Origin: Chrysomallon squamiferum
Taxonomy: Eukaryota > Animalia > Mollusca
DNA length: 64,000 nt
Direction of reading: 5' to 3'
NCBI GenBank assembly: GCA_012295275.1
Contig: CM022665.1
Span: 11,904,001 to 11,968,000, forward strand
Part shown: positions 15,119-28,988 of the stretch, piece after piece
How the letters are laid out: every line of letters begins with the position of its first letter
How positions within the stretch are numbered: position 1 is the first letter of the stretch
The notes under the pieces: generated by a model
Told to the model about the DNA's origin: nothing
What the model saw: the letters and a program-made list of their open reading frames with translations, nothing else
Databases searched by the model: none
Translations under genes and position numbers: made by a program

Positions 15119-17190
15119 CCTGTCTTGTAAAGCTGATTCACCATCTTCACCTTGTTTGATCTTTGCATTCAATGTCTGCTGACTTAGTTCACACTGCAGC
15201 ATGTTCAACTGAAGTAAAATAAAAGTTCAGTATTAACATCTTAAATTATTGTTAACAGTTGTCTCTAGATGGTCATTATTATTCCAGTTTCTGTAATCTT
15301 CATAATTACAATTATTCTTGATGTCATTATTGTTGTTATTGTCATTATTATTACTATTACTGCCACTGTCACTGCTGCTACCTCTGCTACTACTACTACT
15401 GCTGCTGCTACTACTACTACTACTACTCCTACTACTCCTACTACTCCTACTCCTACTACTACTACTACTCCTACTATTATTACTACTACTACTACTACTT
15501 GATTTATAATAAAAATTGTAAAAAGGTTCAATATTATAACCAGTAGATAATTAACAAAGATTTATTTTGGCAACCCATCAACACATTTTAATAATAACAT
15601 TCATCAAGTCAAGCACTGCCTAGAATGGGAAACAGCCAAATAGGTGCACAAATGCAGAATGATCATAAAAAAAAATATATGTCTCATGTGAGTTCATTGC
15701 CTACAATTGGAAATAATAAAAATGTCCATATTAACAGGTCAATAAAAATGTAACAACAACATTTTAAAAATATTACTTTACCTTAGATAAAGCATTGTTT
15801 CTTTCTTGCACAAGACTCTCAATAGTTTGAATGTTCAGCCTGTTTTCAGTTTTGAAACGATCAATATTAAACAGAATTTCTTTACCCAGCTGATCCACAG
15901 TACTCATGTCATCACTGTCAAATCCATCCTATTCAAAAGATAAAAATATCTGTGTTAAAAGACAGGTATTTTCATTACAGTATTAGTTATAAAAGTTTAA
16001 TTGATCTGTTTGTAAATACTGCTTTTTACTTACAGTGATTCTGGTATCTAATAAAAATGTATGGATTCATATTTGTTCATTCAGCTAAATTAACTTATTT
16101 TTGTAATTATTTTAATGTTCAGTTAAAAATAATTGGATTAAAAAATAGGTATTTTCATTATAATATTTGTTATAACTATTTGTCAGTATTACATATTATG
16201 TACATTAATTTAAAATCAATCACTTTTTATTTGCTAATAGATAAATTATCATTTGCTTAACTGACATATTTTTGTAATTATTTAATTATTTCTATAATCT
16301 GAAATCTGTGGGTTCATATATATTCAGAATAAATCCTGTAATATATAAATGTTTTTAAAATGATTTTTTACTTGTTAACTTCTTTTAAATATGTAATATT
16401 CAGCTTAAATCAATGATTTTAATTTGATCATTACATTTCCATGTTTATATTAATTTTATTTATTTCATTAAATTTGTTTCAAAATTAAATGGCTACTTTT
16501 TATTTTAATTTTTATGCTTAAGATTTATTTAGTTATATTTTTAGTTATTTTGAATTTAAGACAAATTTTTTCACAATTATAGTTTCATTTACTTATGATT
16601 AAACTGACATATTTTTATGGTTTAAGATTTGTATGTGGTCACATTTTCACTTATTTTTCAGGTTTAAGGTTTATACATGATTACATTTTTGCTTTCATGG
16701 AATTGGATTTACTGAAGGTCCTTTTTCAGTTTATTTATTAATTGATTTCTTAACTGACTTTCAAACTGAAAATGACACTCTCATTAAAAGCTGAGTAGGT
16801 GACAGAATAAACATCATGCCATTAATATCCTGGTAGCAAGTTTCCATAGCGTTGCTGTAAGGGTCAGAGGTCATACTGAAATTCTATGTGTCAGTCAATT
16901 AAAAGTGTTGACTTAAAGACAAATAGAAAGAGACAAAATGAGGCTTTTTCCGACAGTGAAATGGATTCGACATAAAAAGCACAATACACCAATGTTTGTC
17001 ATGGCTGCCGCTAGTTTCCGGACTGAGCTGCAATACAAGAATCAAATCGCCAGTGGAAATGGGAAAAACTGTTCTTGGAGGTGGAAAATGTTTACCCTCA
17101 TTTACTGGTAATTGAATTGGTAAAGTCAACATTCATTATTTCGAAATGCAGCTGAAGTTCATCATGTGTTTCTTTCATAACACCCTTTTG

Positions 17191-17223
<33 letters not shown>

Positions 17224-18241
17224 TTCCACAGGGTTTCATTACATTTATATTCAGGTTTGATGAACTGAACGCTCGTGTCAGTACATTTCATGCACTTAAT
17301 ATATTCACATAAATTCTATACATTTTTTTTTTTTTTTCCTTTTTTAAACACTTGTTCACCTTGACAGGTAGGGGGTCTCATTAAAATGTTGTTATGATAA
17401 TTTATCAACAGAACGATAAGGCACAGTCGTTGTATGACATGAGAGAAATGGTAACAGTCGTAGCTTCACTCCACTCTCTCTGAATGAAATCAGATGCACA
17501 GATCTACATTTAAATATGGTGTAAATAGCATCTTGAGATACAAGTATGTAACTCCAACTCATAACTGGTCCTCAAGATGGACATTATCTTAGTGTCAGAA
17601 ATTTGTAGTAGAACACAACTTACACACGCAGAATGAATATGAAAGTATCTCAGCTCTTGTGGTTTAAAAGTATGTAATCTAAACTCATCTTGAAATTCCT
17701 TTCTGGGGCTTAATGATGCATTATGGTGGTAGTTTAAATGATTTTTTTTACTTTATTATTATTATTATTTTTTAATTTTTTTTATTGCATTTATCTGGAG
17801 TAATATCAAGATATGGGTGTATGAAATGTGAGAATTATCAGTGATACTTAAACTGAATATGTATGATGTAATACATTCATTTCTTATGTTTTATTCATGT
17901 ATTTTATGAAATGCTAACGTATCAATGGCTTAATATATTTTAAAGTAAATAAATAAATAAATAATAAGATTAAATATGTGATATACAGGTACATCTGTCC
18001 CGGTAATGCAGTGTAATACTGGTATTTTCTGAAGTGCTTATAATTTCATTTATTTGGCTTACGATAATTTAAAGGCTCAGTATACTTCAGAATAAATAAA
18101 TAAATAATAACAGATTAAAAAATATCTGATGTAACACCAATATATCTATACCAGTACTTTAAGAAGTGCTTACATATTTAATGATTTAGCACATTTTAAA
18201 ATAAATAAATAATAGATGTGATATAACATAGATCCATTACC

Positions 18242-18278
<37 letters not shown>

Positions 18279-19940
18279 CAGTGTGCATACCTATTTATTG
18301 GTGAAACGTAATTTAAAATAACTAAATAACTAAATAAAAATGAAACAAGCATTATGATGTGTCAGAGTAATTTTAGGAATGATTATATATTTTTTTATAT
18401 ATCTTACAATGCTTATAGCATTCAGTGGGATTTTGTTTAAGTTAGTAATTTTGAAAACAAATTAAAAATATATATTAAAAATAATAATAATAATAACCAA
18501 AAACTAAACATATCTAAAAAAAAAGTAACATGATGAAGGAATAAAAAACTGCACACAAAAAAATTCAATTGAAAAAAATTAATAAATTAAAATTAAAATT
18601 AAAATTTAATAAAAACAGATATAAAAACAAACCTTAATCAACTGATTTTCATCTTCAAGCTCTGCTTCTTGAGCTCTAAAATAAAACAAAGACAAATACA
18701 AATTTGAAAACACTTTTATTATCTAATTTACTAGATTGGTTTTCTTGGTGTCCTTAGCTTGTTGTACTGAATCATTCATGTGATTTTAGTTGTTTTTTTT
18801 AAGTCTCATTTCACCCTGTTATTTCATTCCCCCAAGGATATTTAAAGTTTTTAAATGAAACATTGTGATTTTATTCTAGACTTTAAGACAGACATTATTT
18901 CAAAATATTTCTTATTTTCCAATACTCTGTAGGTTTTTCATTTTTATATAGATTTTAAGACAAATTTTATGTTCAAATATTTGTTACCTTCCAATACTGT
19001 AACATTTATTTTAAGGTTTTATTTAAAGTTAACTGTTGTAATTTTAATGCAGACTTTAAGACAGCTTCTATTCCCAGATATTTATTATCTTCAAATATTG
19101 TACTTTTTAAATATTTCAAGTGAAACACTGTGATTTTAATTAAGATATTAAAACAAACATAAAAAGATTTTATTCAAATATTTGTACATCTTTTGACACA
19201 ATTAATTTTAAATATTTTAAAAATAAACATTGGTATATTAACACAGCTTAATAGACAATGTATCTTTTAACACTACAATATATAAATTGCTATAAATTAA
19301 TCATTTCAGTCAAATAAATATTATTTTTAAATACTGAAAAAAATTCATGTGAAAAGCATCGTAGAGCAGTCATAATCATTTATAAATGTCAGGAGAAATG
19401 ATTAGTTGATATTTAAAAAAAATTAAAATGGAAAAGGTTGTCATATTAAATATATATTACTTTAAAAGGTCATATAAAAAGGTAAACAGGTATAACATGC
19501 TAAACAAAATTTGTACTCTGGACTGTTACAGTACAGATGCAATTACCTTCTGAAAATGGCGTCTGCTTCAGCCATACGTTCTCTTTCAAGAATAGCACCT
19601 TTTTCCATCATGGTGGCATCTCGTCTGTCTTGAATTTCACATATTTCTAATATCTGGGCTAAAAAACCCAGATAATTTGTAAAAAGAAGAGCAAATAAGA
19701 AGATAACAGAATTTTTTTTTTTTTTTATATATATGTATAACAATAATAATAAAATAAAAGAAATTAAGATGCTTTCTGTGATTTAATTTAAAATCTACAA
19801 ATTAATAATTTTATTATGAATCATTACATTTTGGGGGGTTGTTTTGTTTCAGGTGAGTGATATTTTAGAGTTTGTTTTAATTTGATTTTTTTTTTTTTTA
19901 TTGTTATTATTTGATTGGGGTTTTTTTGGAGTTAGGGAAT

Positions 19941-19971
<31 letters not shown>

Positions 19972-20041
19972 TCTATTTATTTTTATTTATTTCTATTTTT
20001 ACTATGCTTGCACATGAATCTAAAAAAAAAGTAATAACATA

Positions 20042-20091
<50 letters not shown>

Positions 20092-23000
20092 AAAAAAAAA
20101 CAAAAAAAAAAGAAACCCAACAAAAAAAACCCACATATATTAATTCTAACTATGAAATTATCACTGATCACCTATCAGTTTTCATAACCAACCATAAAAC
20201 AAAAATCGTGCAAAAAAAACAAAAAAACAACTTCAATTTATAAAAGCAACAGACTAATATCACAGAAACCTTCCCTTTTATTGTAATAACTATGTGTAAC
20301 GATTTGGAACAAATTTCTTTTTCAGACAACCACAGAGCCAATATCAAATTATTACCACACAATCAATCAAACACGACAAATTATTGAAGGTCTTTTAATT
20401 TTACCACCCAATCATCAAACACTATCAGGCGTTCGTCTCTTTCATGACAATAATGTTAATGTCCGTGGTTTTCAGTTCAGACCGCACAGAAGAAACAAGT
20501 CGCCATGAGCCGAAAATGACTGTCTGTCATCAGTGATAGCTTGACTGCACACTATTTCATATATTTCTAATCTGGGAAGGGGAAAAAAAAAAAAAAAAAA
20601 AAATCTCTGATTTGATGAATACCTGTGTAAACAAGGCCTTGCTTTAGACAAGGAAAATAGATTACAGGTAGATTACAGGTAAAAGCTGTTAGCAAGTCTT
20701 TGAAGCTCATTTATATCACCCTTCCAGCTGGTCAGCGGGGCTTTGCCTATTGCCATAAATATGACAGAATGTAAACAGCGCATATGAATCATTCAGTCGC
20801 GAGTCAATATTGAACAACTTAACTGTTATGGCTTCGGGCCCCATAACCCGATCACACGTATTTATAAGTTACCCCATCAATCGTGGATATCTCCCAAGTT
20901 TTGTTGACTTTTGCTAAGGCCTGACATTTACACCCAATTGATGTCTTTTTGGAAATAATGAAATTTTCCCCCCTTTTGTTGTATTAATCTGACACAAGAA
21001 TACAGATTAATTCGGTAAGGCTGACAAAAGTGGTGATGAAAATATCACAAACTTAAAAATGAAATTAATCTTGCTAGGAGAGGTCAATAAAATTAATAGT
21101 TCTAGGAAATTTGTCTCTTTTTACTACTTTTTTTTTAAAACCTTTTATTTTTGTATTTGTTATTGTTTATTACAAAACTGGCAACACTGCCATAACATTT
21201 TTACAGTTCTTCTTATTATTATTAATACTAATAATATGTGACTCTTGTTTTATATTTCTTATTCATCTTCCTGTTATTATTACTGTATCAGAAACATAAA
21301 AATGAAATTAATTTTGTTATCATGAAAAGTTTGGAGAAATTTCTTTTCACAAAATTGAATAGCACATTTAAAAAAATTATTTTTAGTGTTATATTTTCTA
21401 ACATGGGATTCTCAATGTCAAATTCTTGGTAATTCTAACAAATGGTCTTTATAAAATTATTTACAATTAGAAGCAAGTCATCCTTTATATCTATTTTCCT
21501 ATAGCCAGGACAGGACATACCACAGCCTTTCATGTCTGTTTTAAACACTGAGTGAAATGGAATTATCTTAATGGGCATTATTCTGTATCTTAATATATCA
21601 TCAGCATTCTGGTCCATGAGCTGGAGAGCTTTCTTTGGCATTCTTTTGCAAAATACATGTTTCAAGAATCAACTTTAAATGTCGTGTAATATATTTTACA
21701 AGAGATATTTACCTTCATACTTCAGTTTTATGTTTTCGTTCTCTTTCTGCAGAGCCAAGCATTTTTCATGCATCTGCAATTACAACAACAAAACCATGAA
21801 TCTACCTAAGGATAAAACTAATTCTACTACAATAAAAATCCAAAGTTCTAAATAAATATTTATAAAAAAAATCTAAATTTTAAGTAATTATTAAATACAT
21901 TACCACCATCAATAATATTACTCAAAGTTGAACTACTACTAGTAATAATTAAATTGTCAAACATAATGCTAGTATTACTATCACCATTACTACTTTTTCA
22001 ACAATTTCAACTACCACCACCACTAATAATAATAATAATTAAAAAAATATATATAATAATAATAATAAAGGGATAAAAAATCAAAAAAATAAAAATATTA
22101 TTAACATTAACTGTTCTAAATTTTATTTTAAATGTATCTTCAGCAATTTAAGAACATTAGTTAGTTATATAACAAGCCACAATGATCTTTCACATTATAA
22201 ATGAGATACCTTTTCTATTGTTTGCTTGGCAACTTCAAGTTCCTCAAGTAAATCCTGATTGGTATTTGGAAAATGGTAACTGTCTAAAACTCTGCTCTCT
22301 GCTGCCAACTTATCCAGAGTATCAGGCTTTGGACTACAACATCGCTGATAACAAGATGTTGGGGTGGAACATCTTGATGAAAATGGCAGATTTGCTGAAG
22401 ACATGTCATGTGACAAACGTGGCTGACTGGACAGAGGAACAAAAGTTGGAGTTTGAAAGGGAGAATAAGACTGGCATTCTGAATGAAATGAGTCTGACAC
22501 TAAACGAAAAGCTTCTTCAGTTTTTGAAGAAGGATATGTTTGCCTCAGATGTTCAGATGATTTCACTTTGTTCTTGTGAAATGATGGACTGCTAGCATTA
22601 AAGGACACCATAGGCTCACTAGATGACTTTACAGATAAACCCCTGCCATAGGAAGACATGTATCCATCTGATGCATGCAACTGCCCATAAGAATTTCTTC
22701 TTGATACTACAGGGGACAGAACATACTCAGGATAAGATGCCATAGATAATTTAGCATCTGATGATGGATCATAAGACCTATTTGTCCCAGGAATAGACAC
22801 TCCTGAAAGCATGGAAGGTGCATAAGGCACTGTAACAGGACTGTTATTAAAGCTTGAGAGTAGATGTGTTTTTGGTTCCATGTGCAAAGGCATGGTTGCT
22901 TTGGCTGGTATTTCATTATTTTGTGTTGCAGATGAGAAGCAAATTTCATCTTTATTACTGTCGATTCCTTTAGTTTTGGAAGCATCAGACTGCAGAATGT

Positions 23001-26000
23001 GTCCTGTTAAAAATAAAGCAAAATGAAATGAAGTGTTTAACAGCAAAGTGAAGAATATTGTGGTGAAATGTGGTTTGATGTGGTGTAACACAGTATAGCA
23101 TAATATAGCATTAAGTTATGTTTTCTAGCATAGCCAAATACTTCTAGTTATATTACAAATACAGAAATCTGACATTACTAAATCTCTGGTGCTACTACTG
23201 CTGCCACTAATCAAACTACTGCAACTCTTTTCACCAGAAGACTACTATTTATATTTATTAGCAAGACAAAAATGCAGAATCTGTAATGGCTATATAGATA
23301 TTTTCTTTTCACAATGAAAAAAGTTAACTGGAAATCAAATTATTGTTTCACTTACCATCATCTTTGGAAGATCTATGACTGAGTTCCCCAACTGTTTTAT
23401 TATGTGAATTGAAAGTCCTGTATTTAAAAAAAAAAAAAAAATACTAATAAACAATAAATAAAAATAATAATAAAATTTAAAAAATCATTAAAAAAACAAA
23501 TGTCACACACACACACACATATATATATACATGTTCTGTAGCTTTTTGTATTAACTTGAATGGTCAACAAATGAAACTCATTACTGAGCTAGTATATTGC
23601 CACATTTTCTGGTATAATCATAAATGTGCAGTGAAAAATGATTTCTACATAACTTGTCTGTAATTCAGTGGTGGATGTTGATATATGTGAGTCTTGGGGA
23701 AACTTGGGTCATATTTTTTATTTATGATAGTTTAGCAAAATTTGTTTTCAGACTGAAAGAATATAAACAATCAAGTCTTCCTACTGAAGTAATTGTTTAT
23801 TGTTTTTTTGTTGGTTTTTTTGTAAATTATTTTTCAAGTACCATAAAATATCTAAACATCAACTAAACTTTAGCTGTTTTTTTTTTTAAAAACTTATAGA
23901 CCCTTAATATTCTGGAAATTTAATATAACTAAACATAACAGAAATCAGAACAGAAATGGGATAATCCATACAGTATTCTGACCAAAATGATAAAAGCAAA
24001 ACATCAAACTTTCAAATAAAGATCTGCATGCAGAAGCATTCTAGGTCAGATGTTTAAGGAAAGTATGTATCAACAGGATTAACATCTGCAACATTCTTGG
24101 CATTAATAACTCCTCCAGTAAGCTTCCAGGCAGACATTCTCAAGTCCTCTGATATTTTTGTACTACGCTAGTGTACATCTTTCTGAGAAAGAGTCTTCTG
24201 CATTCCAGTTAGAATTTCAATATCTTATATGTGGGTAGTATGTAACATGCTTCCAACACAGAATAGTTCAAGAAAGTATGTTATGGGCATAAGCTGGGCT
24301 TTGCTAAAGAATTTGAAGCCAGTATTTCAGATGTATGCACACAATGCCATTTGTATTGATTGCTGTAGTGACTTTGCCAGGCATTTCTATCCAAAGAAAT
24401 AAAAACTTCTTTCATAAAGCTCATATCTCAATATCTCAAGTTTTGAAGATTTAGATAATTATCTCAGAAGACACTGAAATATCAGTAGAAAGGTCTTACT
24501 TGCATAATACAATAGAGTGAACACACAAAACAGAAAAGAAACACACCTGTATGAATGTACAGATTCTGGATCCTCATTTCCTGATTAATACCCAAAACCA
24601 ACTTGACTGATGACTGATCACTAAACCAATCCAGTATCCTTTGATGGCTGATCATTCCTCAATACATTACACACGTAACACTAATAAAAATAATGAATGA
24701 ACTATACAGCACCAAAGGCAAAGAGAATTAGGATACTTCCATAGAAAAATTAAGAAATAGTAAAGGTTAAAATCCAATGAGAAAGAGATTTAGACAACCA
24801 AGCTTATAACTTCTGTTCTGAGAGAGAATATCAGTTCCATCATGGAAAAAAGCCAGAACAGAACTGATTGTGCATGGACGAAAAGACAAGACTTTATACA
24901 AGTCTCTAATGAGGATACAAAAGCCTGTAAATATTTGTCATAGCCCAATGTTTATAAATAATGCTCTAATATCATCAGCCCTTCAAATATTTAACCGAGA
25001 GCTTGTCACTCCAGACCGTTTGATGAGTTTACACTCTTTTAACATACAGAAGATAGTTAAATATTGATAGAGTTCTGATAACGCTTGCTCTAACGGACTG
25101 TGTACCCGCCTTGCCCCCAGATCGCATCACTCCCCACTGTGTCCCACTGACTTCCATATTTGTGTCTAATATTTGTTTTCATATTGTGTACCCTGGGAAC
25201 ACTGGTTACAAAAACAAACAGCATGTTTACCACAGGCACACGTCTGCAATAATCACTTATGGAGAGGGTAAATATTTCCACTGCACATAATGTTTTTGCT
25301 GAACATATTTAGAAAAAGTTGTGGAGGACAAAGAGGCACATCTTGGCAGCAGTGGATTGTCAGACAAACTAAATATTAAAACAATCCTATTTAATAGAAT
25401 GGACAAACATAACCAACAGCTGCAGTATGGCAGATTGACTTTTTAGAAGACCAAACATATTGTCGTGGTCTTTCATGAAAGGATATCATGTTTGGAAGTA
25501 ATATAAGATCATGCATTAATGTATTTATTTATTTATTAATGATGATGATGATTATGATTATTATTATTATTATTATTATTATAAATCCTTAAATAACATA
25601 ACAATATTTTAATAACATTAGATTTACATGAGAGAAAAACAACAACAAAAAAACAACTGATATTTGTATTATAATTTTACATCTTTAAATAGTTAAACTT
25701 ATAAGATATCTTATTTATAAAATTTTACTGATTCAACAAGTCACCATCTTACAGCACTGGAGATTACAAAAAACAAAACAAAACAAAACAAACAAACAAA
25801 AAAGAAAATATTAAAAATAAAAAATAAAAAAATTGTTACAAAATAAATTACTACCAATACCAAATAAATTGTTACTAACATCTGCTTTTTTGATAATGTC
25901 AAATCTGGAAATAGTTTTAACAAAATTTAACAAATTATTAGTTTATGAAGATAATTAAGTTTGTAATTTAAAAAAAAAAAAAAAAAAAAGGATGGAAAAG

Positions 26001-28937
26001 GTTCGTTATATATGCATTACTTTTGAATTACACATTCCTATTTTCTTATTCAACTCTGAAACCTAATGTTCACTATTACATTCAGACTATTAACACAACT
26101 TTGAAAATGCTTTCTGTACATTCCCTCAATCTGTGCTGACCCCATAAAGATAAATTTACATTTGTTAATGAAATAACTATCTATACACATCTCCAAATGT
26201 TATCCAACATTTATTCTGTCCATATTTGTCCTGCAATTCTCAAAACTCAGTATTTCCGTAAAGATAAATTTACACTAGGTAATGAAATAATCATCTTCAA
26301 ATATCTCCAAAAATTCTTCAGCATTTGTTCCGTCAATATTTATCATGCAGTTCTCAAAACTTTTATAATCTGATAACTTTTATGTATATATTTGTTCACT
26401 GTAATGATTTGACTGCTGAAATTGTTTGTGACAATAATGTATGCCTAAAAGTGTTAGACAATATACATAGATTTACTTACAATATCCTTAAAAGAACAAT
26501 ACTTTGTTACTGTTTGGAGGCAATTCTAAACTATTTAGAGAATTAATGTATTAACAAATAGTTCTGTGGAAATACTGTGTACAAGAAAATATTTTGTAGA
26601 GGTTAAACAAATGTTAGATCATTCATATGTCATATTTATATATATTTATATATATATAAAAATAATAATTTTTAACCAATGGAAAATAACTATATTACTT
26701 ACTAAATACATTTACTTAACTGTACATAACCATTTGTTTATAAGTTTACATTATAGAAAATATGTTTCCATTATAGAATGAATTAATATAATTATAAAAA
26801 CTATGTGTGTAGGTGTATGAATGTGTATGTGTGTGTGCATGCAGTGATTTAACATAACTGAACAATAACATACATTTACATATATATTTATATTCAAACA
26901 ATGCTTGGTGGCTTTTGTAAAATAAATGTTTTACTTAATTCTATTAATTCTAGCTGTACTTAACTGATTAAATAATTTCACAAAGCATTACAATAGTTAG
27001 GTACAGCAATTACATTCCAATACTTGCTTTAATTCAGAACAAACTGATGAAGTGTAAGACTAATACAAATTTTATCTTCTCTAACTAATCTTCTAACATA
27101 CTAACAATAACTTAGGCAAATGAACTGTGTGGCCAAGATAGACATCTACCAACCTTCGCTGGATGAAACAACTTTCAGACTGGTTGGCTGGTAAACTGAG
27201 ATTGTAATTTGATGGTAGGCGCTAAAATACGTAAAGTAATTAAGGAAATAAATAAAATTTATTTATTTACAGTCCTGTCTAATGTAAAGTTAATATCACT
27301 TAATAGTGATGCTGAAACATTTAAATATAAATTAAAAAACTAGGTTTTTTTTTTAATTCACAACCACAGAAATTACTTTTAGATTCAAAAACAGACATCA
27401 ACCTACAGTTTACATTCAATCTAACGAAATGTATTAATTGGAAGTTAGTGGCTTTGCCATTAAATCATTTCGTTTTTCATGGATTATTGCTTTTGATGGT
27501 ACACCTGATGGGAAACGCATGCAAATGCTGGTGAGATTGGGTTTGGACAAACTGATCGCGACAAATTACTGGAGGGATATCGTATAGCTCCAAGGTTAAT
27601 TACGACGTCGGTCTAAATTTACCTCTTTACACACAAATGAATTATTTTTTGTTGACTCAGTTAAAAATTGCACAAATTTCATCAAAGATAATTGAATAAG
27701 GCTGTGTTTGTTTTTGCTGGCTGCCACGACAGATCAAACAGTCCAAGAGCAATCATTTGTCTTCTTTCTAACGTCCGCAGAACAACATAACCCCCAGGGG
27801 GGAACCAACAGGACCTAACAATCAATTCTCATCCTAACAAGCTACCATTCCATAGTAAATAATGTTTGCACTTGGTACTGTGATATGACTTTGGAGGGGG
27901 GTGGGCCACCGATGTGACCCTTCATTTTGGCGGGTTCGGTGGCAGGAATGGCTTGCACCCATGACAAATCAGCACATTATGACCCATCATGAAGAAATGT
28001 CTGTCCAAAATAATCAGCCATCCCTTGTCATCTGAAGCAATTTGTCAGCTTTTCTGCCCATCTCACAACACCAGCCCAGATTGCCGAAAAACATCACAGA
28101 TTCACACCCAATCAAGGTTGTCAAAATTAAATGAGCATAATAAAGGAGAAATTGTCCGAGACAAAAACTGCAACAATAAAAGAGGTAAACATGGGCCAGT
28201 CTTGGCAAACGCTGGTGTTGAGAATTTGTTTAGGCCCTGCTCGGAAAGCAAACAGCCAATTGTGGAGAAAATGTTTGCAAAGATTGCTGGTGAAATGAGA
28301 TTCATGTGTGCTTTCCTTTTCTTGATGATATTAAAACTCATTTCATATCAATAAGCCAAGGTGCTAAATTCAAAATTGTAAAGAAAGCTGGCACACTTTG
28401 TCAAAAGGCCTAAATTCTGTGTTCATAATTATCTTGATGTAAAAGGCTGTGATTTGGAATTATACCTCACATTATTCTGGGCTGCTCACACAATCTTTTC
28501 TAATGGTTTGACATCAAAAGGATTTGTTGTCAGAATTCTGATAGAATGGGCTTCATGCTTCAGATAAAAATATTTTAATAACTGCTCTGCTTTTTCTTTT
28601 TCTATTTAGCATAATATTTTTCCACTAACAAAACTTGATTAATATCCTAGTAAAAAGTAATTTGTTTTAAGCAAAAATAAAAAATAAAAATAAAAATAAC
28701 ATGCTTTTTTTTAAATTCTTTTATACAAAAATATTCTATTAAGAAAAAAAAAAAGAAAATATTTGTTTCTAATTTATCATCATCATCATCATTACTTCTG
28801 CTACTGCTACTATTATTGTTTTCTTAATATAAATATACAAAGAAATAAAAGGTTTTAAAAGACATGTGTACCACAAATAAAATTATATCCAAACACAATA
28901 AATGAAAAATAAATATTAGAATAAAAAAATCAATTAG

Positions 28938-28988
<51 letters not shown>

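Noticed and set aside
15265-15531. Poly-V, poly-T and poly-L ORFs
   Set aside because: Translations of a trinucleotide microsatellite.
22182-22595. 137-aa plus-strand ORF
   Set aside because: Antisense shadow of MIPOL1-like exon 4, with no independent support.
27989-28354. 121-aa plus ORF and overlapping minus ORFs
   Set aside because: No recognisable domain or phase-compatible splice sites; better explained by locally higher GC.
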